DNA of 64,000 nt from Candidatus Epulonipiscioides saccharophilum (GCA_002007295.1 LNZM01000156.1:11730-75729), one strand, 5' to 3'; shown: positions 9,326 to 20,591, numbered from the stretch's first letter. The notes: generated from the sequence alone by a model not told the origin. A program made the numbers and translations.

Positions 9326-11080
9326 ATGCAAAATAAAACTGATGCTGTATTACAAATCATGAATAAAATGCCGACTAGTCAGCAAGAACAGGCCAAACAA
9401 ACATTGGGTAATTTCGGATTTGGAACCATTGCAAACATAGACGTATTAGTTAAATACAATGGTGACATCGAAAAAGTGGCTAACGAAGTCGGCGGAACTG
9501 TTCAAATATTGTCTACCAAATTTGCTGTTATGTCTATTCCAGAAGCCGCCGGTATGAATACACTTTTAGAATTTTCTGAAATAGAATATATGGAAACGCC
9601 CAAATTATTGAGTTACAATGTTAATACTTCTTTAAGCAATAGCTGTATAACATCCGTCAAAACCAAAAGTCCGTATAATTTAAAAGGAAAAGGTGTTTTA
9701 TTAGGAATTATCGATTCCGGTATTCAATACGCTCATCCAGATTTTATAAACGAAGATGGAACTAGTCGTATTTTATATATTTGGGATCAAAGCATAGAAG
9801 GTCAACCGCCTAAAGGGTTTAAAATAGGTACAGAGTATAATAATGAGCAAATTAATCGAGCAATAAAGCAACGGACCAAATCCGAACGCTTAGCTATAGT
9901 ACCGTCTCAGGATGATATAGGCCATGGGACTCACATTGCTGGAATTGCTGGAGGCAACGGAAAAATGAGTAATGGAAAATATGAAGGGATAGCTTCTGAG
10001 GCTCAATTCTTAATTGTAAAATTGGGTAAAGGTGGATCCAACGGTGCATATATTAGAAATATAGAAATAATGTTAGCCGTCAAATACGTCATCGAAAAAG
10101 CTAGAGATTTAAAGATGCCCATTGCTATAAATATTAGTAATGGAATGAACGAAGGACCACATGACGGCCAGTCTTTAATAGAACAGTATCTAGATGAGTT
10201 CTCACAAATGTGGAAAAATAATATTGTTGTTGCAGCCGGAAACGAAGGGGCTAGCAATACACATACTTATTTAAAAATAGAGAATGGAGACAGTACTTCT
10301 TTTTCATTTCAGGTTGGAGAAAATCAAAAATCTTATGCTTTATCTGTATGGAAATCGTTTATAGATATACTAGAGTTTGAGGTTGTAACACCATCCGGAG
10401 GGAAAAGTAGAAGAATTAGGTATAAAGACGGGCCAATCCAAGCTGTTATTGATAGAACCAGAATATATGCTACCTTTTCTGGACCATCTCCACTAAATGG
10501 CGATGAAGAATTTGCCTTATATTTGGCCGAAATAAGTGATGTCGGTGTAGCAAAAGGAATTTGGACGATAAATGTTTATGGAATAGACGTAATCGATGGT
10601 AACGTTCATGCATGGGGACCAACTTTAGAAATAGGTGGAGCCGATACATACATGTTAGAACCGATAAGAAATTCGACAGTCACAACACCGGGCACAGCTC
10701 GCAATGTAATTACGGTTGGAGCCTATAACGACTTAACAAATCAAATAGCAAATTTCTCAGGTGTTGGATTTACCCGAGATGGAACTATAAAGCCTGAAAT
10801 CACAGCCCCGGGTGTTGATATTACAGGACCATCTATTACCGGAAATTATATATCGTATAGCGGAACTAGCATGGCTACGCCACATGTCACAGGTGCTGTA
10901 GCATTAATGATGGAATGGGGCATTGTACGAAAACATCAACCATTTTTGTATGGAGAATATTTAAAAACTTTTTTGCTACGTGGAGCCAAACGAGAAAATA
11001 TAGATGCTCCAAGTACTGAATGGGGTTATGGCAAACTATGTTTAAAAAGTGCGTTTGATATTTTAGTCAAAAACGGATAA
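9326..11080 (+). CDS. S8 subtilase, Csp (CspB-like) germination protease
   Basis: GIIDSGI, GHGTHIAG, AAGNEG, GTSMATPHV canonical triad; start ATG 9326 behind GAAAGGAAG. Confidence 0.9.
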   Translation: MQNKTDAVLQIMNKMPTSQQEQAKQTLGNFGFGTIANIDVLVKYNGDIEKVANEVGGTVQILSTKFAVMSIPEAAGMNTLLEFSEIEYMETPKLLSYNVNTSLSNSCITSVKTKSPYNLKGKGVLLGIIDSGIQYAHPDFINEDGTSRILYIWDQSIEGQPPKGFKIGTEYNNEQINRAIKQRTKSERLAIVPSQDDIGHGTHIAGIAGGNGKMSNGKYEGIASEAQFLIVKLGKGGSNGAYIRNIEIMLAVKYVIEKARDLKMPIAINISNGMNEGPHDGQSLIEQYLDEFSQMWKNNIVVAAGNEGASNTHTYLKIENGDSTSFSFQVGENQKSYALSVWKSFIDILEFEVVTPSGGKSRRIRYKDGPIQAVIDRTRIYATFSGPSPLNGDEEFALYLAEISDVGVAKGIWTINVYGIDVIDGNVHAWGPTLEIGGADTYMLEPIRNSTVTTPGTARNVITVGAYNDLTNQIANFSGVGFTRDGTIKPEITAPGVDITGPSITGNYISYSGTSMATPHVTGAVALMMEWGIVRKHQPFLYGEYLKTFLLRGAKRENIDAPSTEWGYGKLCLKSAFDILVKNG

Positions 11081-11099
11081 TTTAATAAATATTAATAAC

Positions 11100-11128
11100 T
11101 TTCCCTTCTTAGATGAAGGGATTTTTAT
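11100..11128 (+). terminator. Intrinsic terminator after the csp cluster
   Basis: TCCCTTC-TTAGAT-GAAGGGA followed by TTTTT. Confidence 0.8.
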
Positions 11129-11191
11129 TTCATTTTTTTATTAAAAGTTTAAAATTGGATATTATTGTTATGTAAAGTTATTAAAAATATA

Positions 11192-11220
11192 TTGTATTTT
11201 TTAGAGTTTTATTATATAAT
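11192..11220 (+). promoter_or_regulatory. SigA-type promoter for sstT
   Basis: TTGTAT-17 nt-TATAAT. Confidence 0.55.
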
Positions 11221-11263
11221 AATATTACATAAATATACAAAATATAAAAACAGGGGGGCTATT

Positions 11264-12514
11264 ATGCAAAATACGTTAAAAAAAGTTTTTAATATTATAA
11301 AAGTTACATTTGAAAAATGGCATAAATTGAGTTTGGTATTACGAATTTGTACTGGCCTTTTGTTCGGCTTAATATTCGGATTATTGCTACCATCTTTAGG
11401 ATTTATAGTATTATTCGGAAAAATATTTGTTGGCGCATTGAAAGCCGTAGCCCCGATCTTAGTATTTTTCCTAGTCATGGGTGCTTTATGTCACAAGAGT
11501 GGCAACCAGAACAATAACCTGAAAGAAGTTGTTATCTTATACTTATTCGGAACATTGATGGCCGGAATAGTCGCAGTATTCGGTAGTTTTATTTTCCCGA
11601 TACAGTTATCTTTAAATCCTGTTTTAACCTCTACCATGTCGGCACCGGGTGGAGTGGGCGAAGTTTTAGAAAATTTATTATTAAGCGTAGTATCCAATCC
11701 AGTTGCAGCCTTAATGAATGCTAACTACATTGGCATCTTAGCATGGGCCATTGTCTTCGGTATCGCCTTACGTACAGCGTCGGATACGACAAAAACAATG
11801 GTTAATAATTTTTCGGAAGCGACATCTCAGGCCGTAAAATGGATTATCGAATTAGCTCCATTTGGTATTATGGGCTTAGTATTCAATATGATAACTACAA
11901 CTGGTCTTGAAGCATTGATTGGATACGCAAAATTAATTTTATTATTAGTTGGTTGCATGGCTTTTTTTGCTCTTGTTATAAATCCGGCGATAGTGTATTT
12001 TGCAACAAGAGAAAATCCATATCCATTAGTATTTAGATGTTTAAAAGAAAGTGGAATAACAGCTTTTTTCACTCGCAGTTCTGCAGCAAACATTCCAGTT
12101 AATATGCAGTTATGCGAGGACTTAGGCTTAGACGAAGATACTTATTCTGTATCCATCCCTTTAGGCGCTACAATAAACATGGCCGGCGCAGCGATAACTA
12201 TCGCCGTGTTGACATTGGCAACAACACATACTTTGGGAATAGAAGTAGACTTATTTACTGCTATAATCTTAAGTATTTTATCAGCCGTAAGTGCATGCGG
12301 TGCGTCTGGTGTAGCTGGCGGATCTCTTTTATTAGTCCCTCTAGCTTGTAGCTTATTTGGTATTCCAAATGAAATCGCTATGGAAGTAGTTGGTGTTGGC
12401 TTTATCGTTGGTGTTATTCAAGATTCTTGCGAAACTGGATTAAATTCATCCACCGATGTACTTTATACAGCTATTGCAGAATTTTACAAAAAAAGAATAA
12501 GCAAAAATAAATAA
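11264..12514 (+). CDS. sstT: Serine/threonine transporter SstT (DAACS family)
   Basis: [51 protein letters not shown]; start ATG 11264 behind a G-rich RBS. Confidence 0.92.
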   Translation: MQNTLKKVFNIIKVTFEKWHKLSLVLRICTGLLFGLIFGLLLPSLGFIVLFGKIFVGALKAVAPILVFFLVMGALCHKSGNQNNNLKEVVILYLFGTLMAGIVAVFGSFIFPIQLSLNPVLTSTMSAPGGVGEVLENLLLSVVSNPVAALMNANYIGILAWAIVFGIALRTASDTTKTMVNNFSEATSQAVKWIIELAPFGIMGLVFNMITTTGLEALIGYAKLILLLVGCMAFFALVINPAIVYFATRENPYPLVFRCLKESGITAFFTRSSAANIPVNMQLCEDLGLDEDTYSVSIPLGATINMAGAAITIAVLTLATTHTLGIEVDLFTAIILSILSAVSACGASGVAGGSLLLVPLACSLFGIPNEIAMEVVGVGFIVGVIQDSCETGLNSSTDVLYTAIAEFYKKRISKNK

Positions 12515-12534
12515 GATATAAAATTAGCACAGCA

Positions 12535-12566
12535 AAAACCCCTTTCATAATTGAAGGGGGCTTTTG
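12535..12566. terminator. Bidirectional terminator between the convergent sstT and valS
   Basis: AAAACCCCTTTC-ATAATT-GAAGGGGGCTTTT. Confidence 0.8.
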
Positions 12567-12570
12567 TTTG

Positions 12571-15222
12571 TTACATAGCACTTAATTTAGTTATTCTACT
12601 TGTCACTTCTATTGACAATTTGCTAAATCTTTCACGCTTAGCTTTTTCTTCTTCTATTAAAGAAGTTGGGGCCTTTTTAACAAAACCTTCATTGGAAAGT
12701 TTCTTGGTTACCCTAGCTATTTCACTTTCGTACTTATCTTTTTCTTTAGTTAATCGTTCTATTTCCTTTTTGATATCTAACAATTCACTAAGCGGAATAT
12801 ATATTACAGCACCCAACACAACTATGGATACAGCGTCACCTGGAATATTGGCCATATCTTTTTGTATTCGAACCTCTGACGCAAAGGCTAATGTTTTAAA
12901 AACTATGGCCCCATTTGTGAAAATATTCCTAATTTTTAGGTCATCCGAAACAACGTATATCGTAGCTTTTTTAGAAGGTGGCACATTCATTTCGGTGCGT
13001 AAATTTCTAACTTGTCTTACAGCGTCCTTAATAGTCTCGATCTCTTTTTCCTGAGTAGCAAAGTCTTTTTCGGCTGTAAATTTCGGCCATGTCGACATCA
13101 TTATGCTCTGCTCAGAATTTTGAATACCTAAGAAAATTTCTTCTGTTACAAACGGAATAAATGGATGAAGCATTTTTAATATATCTATCATAACCGTTTT
13201 TAAAGTGTATAACGCCGCCGACCTCGTTGGATCTTCTTTATTATATAAACGAGGCTTAACCATTTCTATATACCAATCACAAAACTCTTCCCATGCAAAA
13301 TCATGAACTTTTCCTACAGCCAATCCAAGCTCATATTTATCCAAGTTTTCATCAACAATATTAATTAAATTGTTAGCCTTAGATAGAATCCACTTATCTG
13401 TTGCAGTCAACTCTTTAGGCATTATGCTAAGATCCACTTCTTCACTATCATCTTCACAATTCATCAAAATAAATCTTGTAGCATTCCAAAGTTTATTCAA
13501 AAAGTTTCTATTCACTTCGACTCTTTCGAAGTAAAATCGCATGTCATTTCCTGGCGCATTTCCTGTTACTAGTGTTAACCTTAAAGCATCGGCTCCGTAT
13601 TTGTGTATAACATCTAATGGATCTATCCCATTTCCTAAAGACTTACTCATTTTCCTACCTTGGCTATCTCTTATTAATCCATGTATTAATACATCTTTAA
13701 ACGGAACTGCACCCATCTGCTCAAGTCCGGAAAATACCATACGTACAACCCAGAAGAAGATTATGTCATATCCAGTTACTAAAACGCTAGTCGGATAAAA
13801 ATGTTTCAGCTCTTCTGTCTGCTCCGGCCAACCTAGTGTAGAAAACGGCCATAGTGCAGAACTAAACCATGTATCCAAAGTATCTTCATCTTGAATAAAT
13901 TCTTTACAGCCACATTTACATGTTTCTGGCTTATTTTTACTAACAACAATTTCGCCACATTTTTTGCAATAGTATGCTGGTATTCTATGGCCCCACCAAA
14001 GTTGTCTAGATATGCACCAGTCTCTAATATTTTCTAACCATCTCAAATATGTTTTACCGAATCTCTCGGGTACAAAATTTAAATCTCCAGTTTCTAAAGC
14101 TTTAATTGCGGGTTCGGCTAATTCTTTCATTCTAACAAACCATTGTTCTTTAACCATAGGCTCAATTACACAGTTACATCTATCATGGATCCCAACGTTG
14201 TGAACGTGAGGTTCTATTTTGTCTAGCTGACCCATTTTATCTAATTCCTTTAAAATCTCTTCTCTAGCCTTAGATAAGGTCATACCTTCAAACTGAGCAG
14301 CATTGCTATTCATGGTTCCGTCATCGTTCATAACGCATATTTCTTTTAAATTGTGACGTTGTCCAACTTCAAAATCGTTCGGATCATGATAAGGTGTTAT
14401 TTTTACGACACCGGTTCCAAAATCCATATCAACATAATCGTCTGCGATAATCGGAATTTCTCGATTTACGAAAGGTACTAGTACTGTTTTACCTACTAAG
14501 TGAGCATATCTTTTATCTTCAGGATTCACAGCCACGGCCGTATCTCCTAACAATGTTTCTGGCCTAGTTGTAGCAAAATGAACTGATTTTTCATCACCGG
14601 ATGGATTTATAATTTTGTAGTTTAGATGATAAAAATGGCCATCTTTTTCCTCGTGAATAACTTCTGCGTCAGAAATGCTGGTTTGACAAACCGGACACCA
14701 GTTTATAATCCTAGAACCTTTATAAATATAGCCTTTATTGTATAAATTAATAAATACTTCGGCTACAGCATCCGATAAACCGTCATCCATAGTAAACCGT
14801 TCTCTGCGCCAATCACAGGATGTACCGAGCTTTCTAAGTTGCTGCGTAATTATTCCGCCGTATTCATCCTTCCATTTCCAAGCATGCTCTAAAAATTTTT
14901 CTCGGCCAAGTTCGTTTTTATCTATTCCCTCATCTTTTAACTTATTCACAATTTTGACTTCTGTCGCTATGCTCGCATGATCCGTTCCGGGCATCCATAA
15001 AATATTATATCCTTGCATCCTCTTATATCTAGTTAAAATATCTTGGATTGTGTTATCCAAAGCATGGCCCATGTGAAGCTGACCTGTAATATTTGGAGGA
15101 GGCATCATAATAGTAAAAGGCTTTTTATTTTTATCTACTTCTTCATGGAAATAACCACTATCCTCCCATTTTTTATATAATTTATCCTCTACTATAGATG
15201 GATCATAAATTTTTTCTAACAT
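12571..15222 (-). CDS. valS: Valine--tRNA ligase
   Basis: PPPNITGQLHMGH (HIGH), WCISRQLWWGH, KMSKS, C-terminal coiled coil. Confidence 0.98.
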   Translation of the reverse strand: MLEKIYDPSIVEDKLYKKWEDSGYFHEEVDKNKKPFTIMMPPPNITGQLHMGHALDNTIQDILTRYKRMQGYNILWMPGTDHASIATEVKIVNKLKDEGIDKNELGREKFLEHAWKWKDEYGGIITQQLRKLGTSCDWRRERFTMDDGLSDAVAEVFINLYNKGYIYKGSRIINWCPVCQTSISDAEVIHEEKDGHFYHLNYKIINPSGDEKSVHFATTRPETLLGDTAVAVNPEDKRYAHLVGKTVLVPFVNREIPIIADDYVDMDFGTGVVKITPYHDPNDFEVGQRHNLKEICVMNDDGTMNSNAAQFEGMTLSKAREEILKELDKMGQLDKIEPHVHNVGIHDRCNCVIEPMVKEQWFVRMKELAEPAIKALETGDLNFVPERFGKTYLRWLENIRDWCISRQLWWGHRIPAYYCKKCGEIVVSKNKPETCKCGCKEFIQDEDTLDTWFSSALWPFSTLGWPEQTEELKHFYPTSVLVTGYDIIFFWVVRMVFSGLEQMGAVPFKDVLIHGLIRDSQGRKMSKSLGNGIDPLDVIHKYGADALRLTLVTGNAPGNDMRFYFERVEVNRNFLNKLWNATRFILMNCEDDSEEVDLSIMPKELTATDKWILSKANNLINIVDENLDKYELGLAVGKVHDFAWEEFCDWYIEMVKPRLYNKEDPTRSAALYTLKTVMIDILKMLHPFIPFVTEEIFLGIQNSEQSIMMSTWPKFTAEKDFATQEKEIETIKDAVRQVRNLRTEMNVPPSKKATIYVVSDDLKIRNIFTNGAIVFKTLAFASEVRIQKDMANIPGDAVSIVVLGAVIYIPLSELLDIKKEIERLTKEKDKYESEIARVTKKLSNEGFVKKAPTSLIEEEKAKRERFSKLSIEVTSRITKLSAM

Positions 15223-15253
15223 ATTAATTTCCCTTCTAAAAAAATATTTTTAT

Positions 15254-15284
15254 AAAAAATCTCGTTCTAAGTTGCAAACGAGAT
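15254..15284 (-). terminator. Terminator-like hairpin between the AIM24-family gene and valS
   Basis: Minus strand AATCTCGTT-loop-AACGAGATT followed by TTTT. Confidence 0.65.
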
Positions 15285-15347
15285 TTGTCCGTATATATTT
15301 ATATTGGTAATCACAGTACTTTGAAATAATAATAAAATTACTGTAGT

Positions 15348-16031
15348 TTATCGATCGTTAATTGGTAAAAATGGTATAAGATTAGCAGCCATGTTTTGTA
15401 GAGTTAAAGTTTGTAGCCATATTTTTCCTGGTCCTGTTAGCTTAGTTAGGAATAAACCTTCGCCACCAAATAATATATTTTTTACCCCTTTTACTGTCTC
15501 AATTTCATAAGACACTGTTTTCTCAAAAGCTACTACATTGCCACTATCTACTAAACAAACTTCACCATTTTGCAAAGTTTTGGTTATAACACTACCAGCA
15601 CTTTCTAAAAATACTATTCCTTCTCCAAAAATTCTTTGAAGGATAAAACCTTCTCCACCAAAAAAGCCAGAACTTAATTTTTTTGTAAATGTGACTTCTA
15701 AAGATACAGAAGGTGGTGCACATAAGAAAGCATCTTTCTGAGCTATAATTTCATAACCCCTATTTAAAGTTACCGGAATTATAGTACCTGGACATTTTGC
15801 TCCAAAAGTTATTTCTGAGTTATCTCTTTTAGATATATAAGTCACCATAAATAACGATTCTCCTGCAAACATTCTTCCAATACTTTTTCCTATTCCACCT
15901 TTAAGATTAGATTCCATTTTTATATGTTCATCTAACCAAATCATTCCGCCCGATTGTGTAAATACTTCTTCGTTCTTATCTAAGGTAATAGTTACTGCTG
16001 GAAAAGAGTCTCCAAAAATTTTATAATTCAT
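15348..16031 (-). CDS. TIGR00266/AIM24 family protein
   Basis: GESLF, FFGGEGFILQ, LFGGEGLFLTKLTGPGKIWLQT motifs. Confidence 0.9.
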   Translation of the reverse strand: MNYKIFGDSFPAVTITLDKNEEVFTQSGGMIWLDEHIKMESNLKGGIGKSIGRMFAGESLFMVTYISKRDNSEITFGAKCPGTIIPVTLNRGYEIIAQKDAFLCAPPSVSLEVTFTKKLSSGFFGGEGFILQRIFGEGIVFLESAGSVITKTLQNGEVCLVDSGNVVAFEKTVSYEIETVKGVKNILFGGEGLFLTKLTGPGKIWLQTLTLQNMAANLIPFLPINDR

Positions 16032-16052
16032 AAAAATGCTCCTTTGATATAT

Positions 16053-16250
16053 TTATATTAATAAGAATAAAAATCCTACAGCTAAAATTACTAAACCTAC
16101 TAATCTCATTGATAAAATCGCACCACTAACTAGCATTAAAAATTCTGTTCTGTCTTTTTCATCTATTTTTACTCGACCAATTATAATTCGTTTAGCATAA
16201 CACAGTAACATAAGTCCTATTATAAATAATAAAAATCCAACCGGTTTCAT
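16053..16250 (-). CDS. Small two-helix membrane protein, hypothetical
   Basis: Two hydrophobic segments; GGGGGAAG-like RBS upstream; co-oriented with the next gene. Confidence 0.7.
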   Translation of the reverse strand: MKPVGFLLFIIGLMLLCYAKRIIIGRVKIDEKDRTEFLMLVSGAILSMRLVGLVILAVGFLFLLI

Positions 16251-16329
16251 AATTACTCGCTTCCCCCTTAGCTTGCAAAATATGGTCTATTTTAGCTTAA
16301 AATAGCTGTTTTGTCAAGCTTATCTTACA

Positions 16330-16815
16330 AAGCCTCTTCCCCACAATTTTGTGAAGTCGGAGGAGCGTATCGCTTCCTCGCAATTTTGTGAAGTGCCTGC
16401 AAAGTGATATTTGTTAGCCGATTGTCAACCAACTGAAATGCTATAGATATTGATCCTTGTATATTAGTGTGTTATCATCGAAAAAACGCAATAATTCTGT
16501 AAACCTATCCCAGCCAAAAATAAATGCGTATCTTCTATATTAAGGATGGGCCAGAGTGGGAGCCTGCTGTCCTGCAATTTTGTGAAAACATAGGGGCGCA
16601 ACGTAGCGAAACAGACTGAGGGGTCGGTGAAAGGCTCTCCGACCTAGCTCTCCTTTTAGGAGAGCTGTCAGCGAAGCTGACTGAGAGGTTGGGGGTATCA
16701 ACTAAACGGAAAATGGAAAGGTTCTTGAAAATTTTTATTACTTCAAGGTAAATCAACTTAGATGAGTAACTACCACTAGAAGGCACGCTTTATCCCTCCG
16801 TCAACTTCGCCAAAA
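16330..16815. repeat. Composite GC-richer palindromic repeat region (REP-like)
   Basis: CAATTTTGTGAA three times; core 16647-16692 matches 9218-9261 in reverse orientation; partial core near 16793-16811. Confidence 0.7.
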
Positions 16816-16840
16816 GATTTTTAAGTTCCCGGCTATGCCC

Positions 16841-19540
16841 CTAATCTATTTGTATTACTACTTCTTTTGTTCCGGATGGTATTATAAATTCAAACGTCCC
16901 TCTAATTCTTTGTGTGAATGCTATATTTTTGATAGAACATTTTACTATTGCTCGATGAATATCTTCTGCCATCGAAATTATTACAGCACTGTCTGTTCTT
17001 ATATTAGTTTTCTTAATCGTTATGCTACATTGTGTGAAATCTTCGCTAAATTTTGCTTCTTCTATCCATGTCTCAAATCCGGTCGTTACCGTTCCGGCCT
17101 TGTAGTAAATATTAGCCCAAATGTTTATCGGTGTCGATAATCCACCAAAGTTGTGGAACCATCCACCACGGCCCGTTGCTATGTTTAATAACTCAAAAGT
17201 GTAATACGAATCATCCACTTCCTTTTTCCACGATTCTAATGCGGTATTCGCTATTTTGTACGCAAAATCCGTTTCTCCTATATCTAGCATTGTTTTGTAG
17301 ATAAACCATTGATGCGGAAACCATACTGATCCGTTCCAATATCCATTTGGATCAAAATAACTTGCGGATAAATCTACAGAACTTATACCTACATGTGAAA
17401 ATAAACGCTCTGGTGATTTCAATCTTTCTAATATAATATTTTTTTGTTCTTCTGTACATGCACCGGCAATAATCGGATAAATTCCATCCACACTCTTATT
17501 AAAATTTTCGCCTTTTTCTGTCTTTAAAAATCCTAATGGATTACCGTTTTCATCATGATATACGTAACTAAAATATCCGGCCTCAACGTCCCAGCTATAG
17601 TTTTGTAGAGCGTCTGTGAAATTTTCTATATCGATGTTATAAATTAATACGTCCTCTGTTAAATCCATTCGTTCGGCCATCATTCGTAAAATTTTCGCAC
17701 TTCGAATAACTTGTGATGTAGAAACTACGGCGGCCATTTTTTGGGCTAATTTATTATTATGCGTGTATACTTGGGCCGGCAAATCATCCATTCCACTAGC
17801 ATTATAAAAATAATCAAATGTAGTAGTCATCCCACTTTTAAACTTGGCCGTAGTCGATCCTTCCGATTTACCTGCTAAAAAGTTATAAAAACGCTTTGCT
17901 TTATGATAATATTTTTTATAATATTCAAAATTTTGAGTGCGTTGCATCAATTCTAATAGCAAATAAATTTGTACCGGAACCGGAGTACCATGCATCAAAA
18001 ATGCATAATCTGGTACATCGCTTAAATACATATCCAAAGTGTACTCTGCTAACTTTGGATCGTACTCTAATAGGCCCAATCCTACGAAGCCAGAATCCCA
18101 AGTATACAAACAGTCCCAACGCTTTCCAGGCGTAAAGTGTTTAACATATTCTCCATACTTATAAATCGGATATACTATATTGGTTAACGTTGTAGACTGC
18201 AGTATTTCATTACTTAAAACATATTTAGAACCTTCTCTTTTATAATTAATTGGTTGATATTTATCTCTGGCCTTCAAATAAATTTGTTCTAACTTTTCTA
18301 AAAAATATGTTGTAGAATCAAATAAAATTTCCTGATTGCTAACTATAGCATATTCGACATGCCTACTATTTTCCGGAATGAATATTGAGTGAACTAGGAT
18401 ATTTTCATAGAATCCTAAGTCGCTTTTCTTTTGTTTAAATGAATCCGTGAATGTAGCTAGTACATTATCAAAAGATGGATCCGAATTTGATAATCGACTA
18501 ATGGTACAATCTTCTAGCGTCCCTGTATTCAATCTTCTGCGCCTAACTTTATTGGATATGCATTTAAAATAAAATTGGGTCGGTATGCCATCATATATAA
18601 ACTTAAATTGCTTATTTTCATCTATAGTTGTTTCTGGTACAAAATTATAAACTCCCTTAGTCAGTTGAACAGCTTGCGGATTCTGAGTTATAACAATAAA
18701 GTTAAATTCTATACCGCCTTTTGCTAGAGCTAGTAAATCTATATTGACCTTTCCTCTTTCTATATCACCAACTTTTATGCTGGCCGTTATCAATTCGGAT
18801 GAAGCAGAGAAATTCACTATTTCATAATAGTTAGCTATAGACAATTTAAAGGATGCATCGTCTTGGGTACAGGTTCTATAACCAAAAACTAAATAAGCAT
18901 CCGCAATATTATTTTCTACTATTATAGAGTAACCAACCTTATCTTCTAGCCCTTCACCGAATTTTTTAAATATAAGGCCTTCTTTTTTTGGTACTCTATC
19001 GCCTAATCCTTGGTTGCGTACAAAATTAGGATCTAAAAACTCACCCTTTTTTCTACCATCCGGTTGTAAATTATCCCACGGCCTCTTTTCTGTTTGGCTA
19101 AAGTATTCATAATCTAGGCAATGAATAAATATACTGTTATCTGCGATTTCTATATCTGTAAAAGTTTTAAATGGATACTCGATAGCATGAAAATAATTTA
19201 ACATGCAGTTTCGAGGTAATTTAGTATTGTTGACAAATTCAATTCGTATTAACATAGTTTCGTCATTTATAGCCGAAAAGGATACGTCAGCATAAAGTTC
19301 GTCTTTCCAAATTAAATCATAACGATAGCAAAAATATGTTAAATCTGCCGACGCTTCCCATGGATGATATCCAGAAGGAAAAGTTACATTTGGTACGGGT
19401 ATAGAACTATTAACTATTGTCGGATGCACCACTGTGTCAAATCTTATTCCTCGTCCATCCGCTATTATGTTCGAAACACCCATGTATTTTTTTGAGTACG
19501 GTCCCCATGCAGGTAATAAATTATCCATAACAACCTCCAT
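16841..19540 (-). CDS. Glycoside hydrolase with a C-terminal (alpha/alpha)6 GH63/MGH1-like catalytic domain
   Basis: YTWDSGF, SGMDDLP, YWNGSVWFPHQW motifs; likely start ATG 19528 behind GGAGG. Confidence 0.75.
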   Translation of the reverse strand: MEVVMDNLLPAWGPYSKKYMGVSNIIADGRGIRFDTVVHPTIVNSSIPVPNVTFPSGYHPWEASADLTYFCYRYDLIWKDELYADVSFSAINDETMLIRIEFVNNTKLPRNCMLNYFHAIEYPFKTFTDIEIADNSIFIHCLDYEYFSQTEKRPWDNLQPDGRKKGEFLDPNFVRNQGLGDRVPKKEGLIFKKFGEGLEDKVGYSIIVENNIADAYLVFGYRTCTQDDASFKLSIANYYEIVNFSASSELITASIKVGDIERGKVNIDLLALAKGGIEFNFIVITQNPQAVQLTKGVYNFVPETTIDENKQFKFIYDGIPTQFYFKCISNKVRRRRLNTGTLEDCTISRLSNSDPSFDNVLATFTDSFKQKKSDLGFYENILVHSIFIPENSRHVEYAIVSNQEILFDSTTYFLEKLEQIYLKARDKYQPINYKREGSKYVLSNEILQSTTLTNIVYPIYKYGEYVKHFTPGKRWDCLYTWDSGFVGLGLLEYDPKLAEYTLDMYLSDVPDYAFLMHGTPVPVQIYLLLELMQRTQNFEYYKKYYHKAKRFYNFLAGKSEGSTTAKFKSGMTTTFDYFYNASGMDDLPAQVYTHNNKLAQKMAAVVSTSQVIRSAKILRMMAERMDLTEDVLIYNIDIENFTDALQNYSWDVEAGYFSYVYHDENGNPLGFLKTEKGENFNKSVDGIYPIIAGACTEEQKNIILERLKSPERLFSHVGISSVDLSASYFDPNGYWNGSVWFPHQWFIYKTMLDIGETDFAYKIANTALESWKKEVDDSYYTFELLNIATGRGGWFHNFGGLSTPINIWANIYYKAGTVTTGFETWIEEAKFSEDFTQCSITIKKTNIRTDSAVIISMAEDIHRAIVKCSIKNIAFTQRIRGTFEFIIPSGTKEVVIQID

Positions 19541-19571
19541 TATACTAGAATTTTTATTTCAAAATATAAGA

Positions 19572-19596
19572 AAACTCCCTTAAAGTCAAGGGAGTC
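19572..19596. terminator. Hairpin terminator
   Basis: ACTCCCTT-AAAGTC-AAGGGAGT. Confidence 0.65.
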
Positions 19597-19709
19597 TACA
19601 CTTTTTATTCGCTATTTGCTTTTGCTATTGTAGCATTCTAAATTTTTCAAACCTAAAAGAGTGGTTTTCTACAAGTTAGTTATAACTTTATTTTTCAAGG
19701 GGAAATATT

Positions 19710-19848
19710 TTATTCGCCGTTTGCTTTTGCTATCGCTGCGTCGTAGACCGGAGCCACCGCTTCAATTGCTTCGGCTACGGTTTTTTCGTTATAATAAATT
19801 GGATTTGAAATAGCACTTGAGCTTAAACCTACTAATGCTATCAATGAC
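19710..19848 (-). pseudogene. 3'-terminal remnant resembling the end of a solute-binding protein, with its own short echo at 19605-19637
   Basis: Minus frame reads ..KTVAEAIEAVAPVYDAAIAKANGE*; the last ~33 nt recur 105 nt away. Confidence 0.4.
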
Positions 19849-19947
19849 ATAGATATAATAAGAGATACTCTTCACAATGTTAATCGATTTTTCATATTTT
19901 AGTCCTCTTTTCTTATTCAAAAATGAATTATATTTTATTAATTATCA

Positions 19948-20545
19948 AAATAATAAGTGTGATACGTCGAATTATCTTCCCGTATTATGCATTGCATGGC
20001 CGTTCTTATGTGGCGCTGAGCAATGTCTTTATAATTTTCATTCCCTGTTGTTTCTGTCGCCCAATACAGTAGCGGTAAATTCAATAAGCAGTCTATAATC
20101 AATCTGTATTCGCCCGGATTGTCCAGTTCACCTCATGCTTGAATGAAGTCACCATTTGTCTGAAATCTACTAACTAGATAATCCGCCGCCAATAACGCTG
20201 CTTTCTTTGCATTTTCATTTCCCGTTAATTTAAAGGCAGAAACGCATGATAAACTATATAGGAATCCCATATCATGATTATAGATCCTTATTTTATTAAC
20301 TATACGATTTAAAAAGCTATCTACATGAACTTCGGCCACTTCTCTAAACTCTTTATCCCCTGTTAGTTCGTAAGAAAGCCATAGTTCTCCCGTGAAAAAA
20401 CCGGTTGTCCAATCTTGATGAGATACCTATTAAAAAAAATTATTGCTAGATGTATTGCTTTGAAAATGCTCCGTAAAGTCTGGCAAATTCCTTTTGATTA
20501 TATTTGTTGCATGATTAATAGAAATTTGAAGTTCATGATCGTTAA
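19948..20545 (-). pseudogene. Unsaturated glucuronyl hydrolase (GH88) pseudogene, truncated
   Basis: Reads MAQTINS..NNFF**VSHQDWTTGFFTGELW..HDMGFLYS..IQA*GELDNPGEYRLIIDCLLNLPLLYWA..IREDNSTYHT; in-frame stops and 3' truncation. Confidence 0.85.
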
Positions 20546-20591
20546 TTTCTGGATATTTCAGTATACTATTAATAGTCTGTGCCATATTTTA

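Noticed and set aside
15223-15347. T-box leader for valS
   Set aside because: Only a terminator hairpin is present; there is no T-box (GGTGGnACCGCG-like) motif and too little room for stem I.
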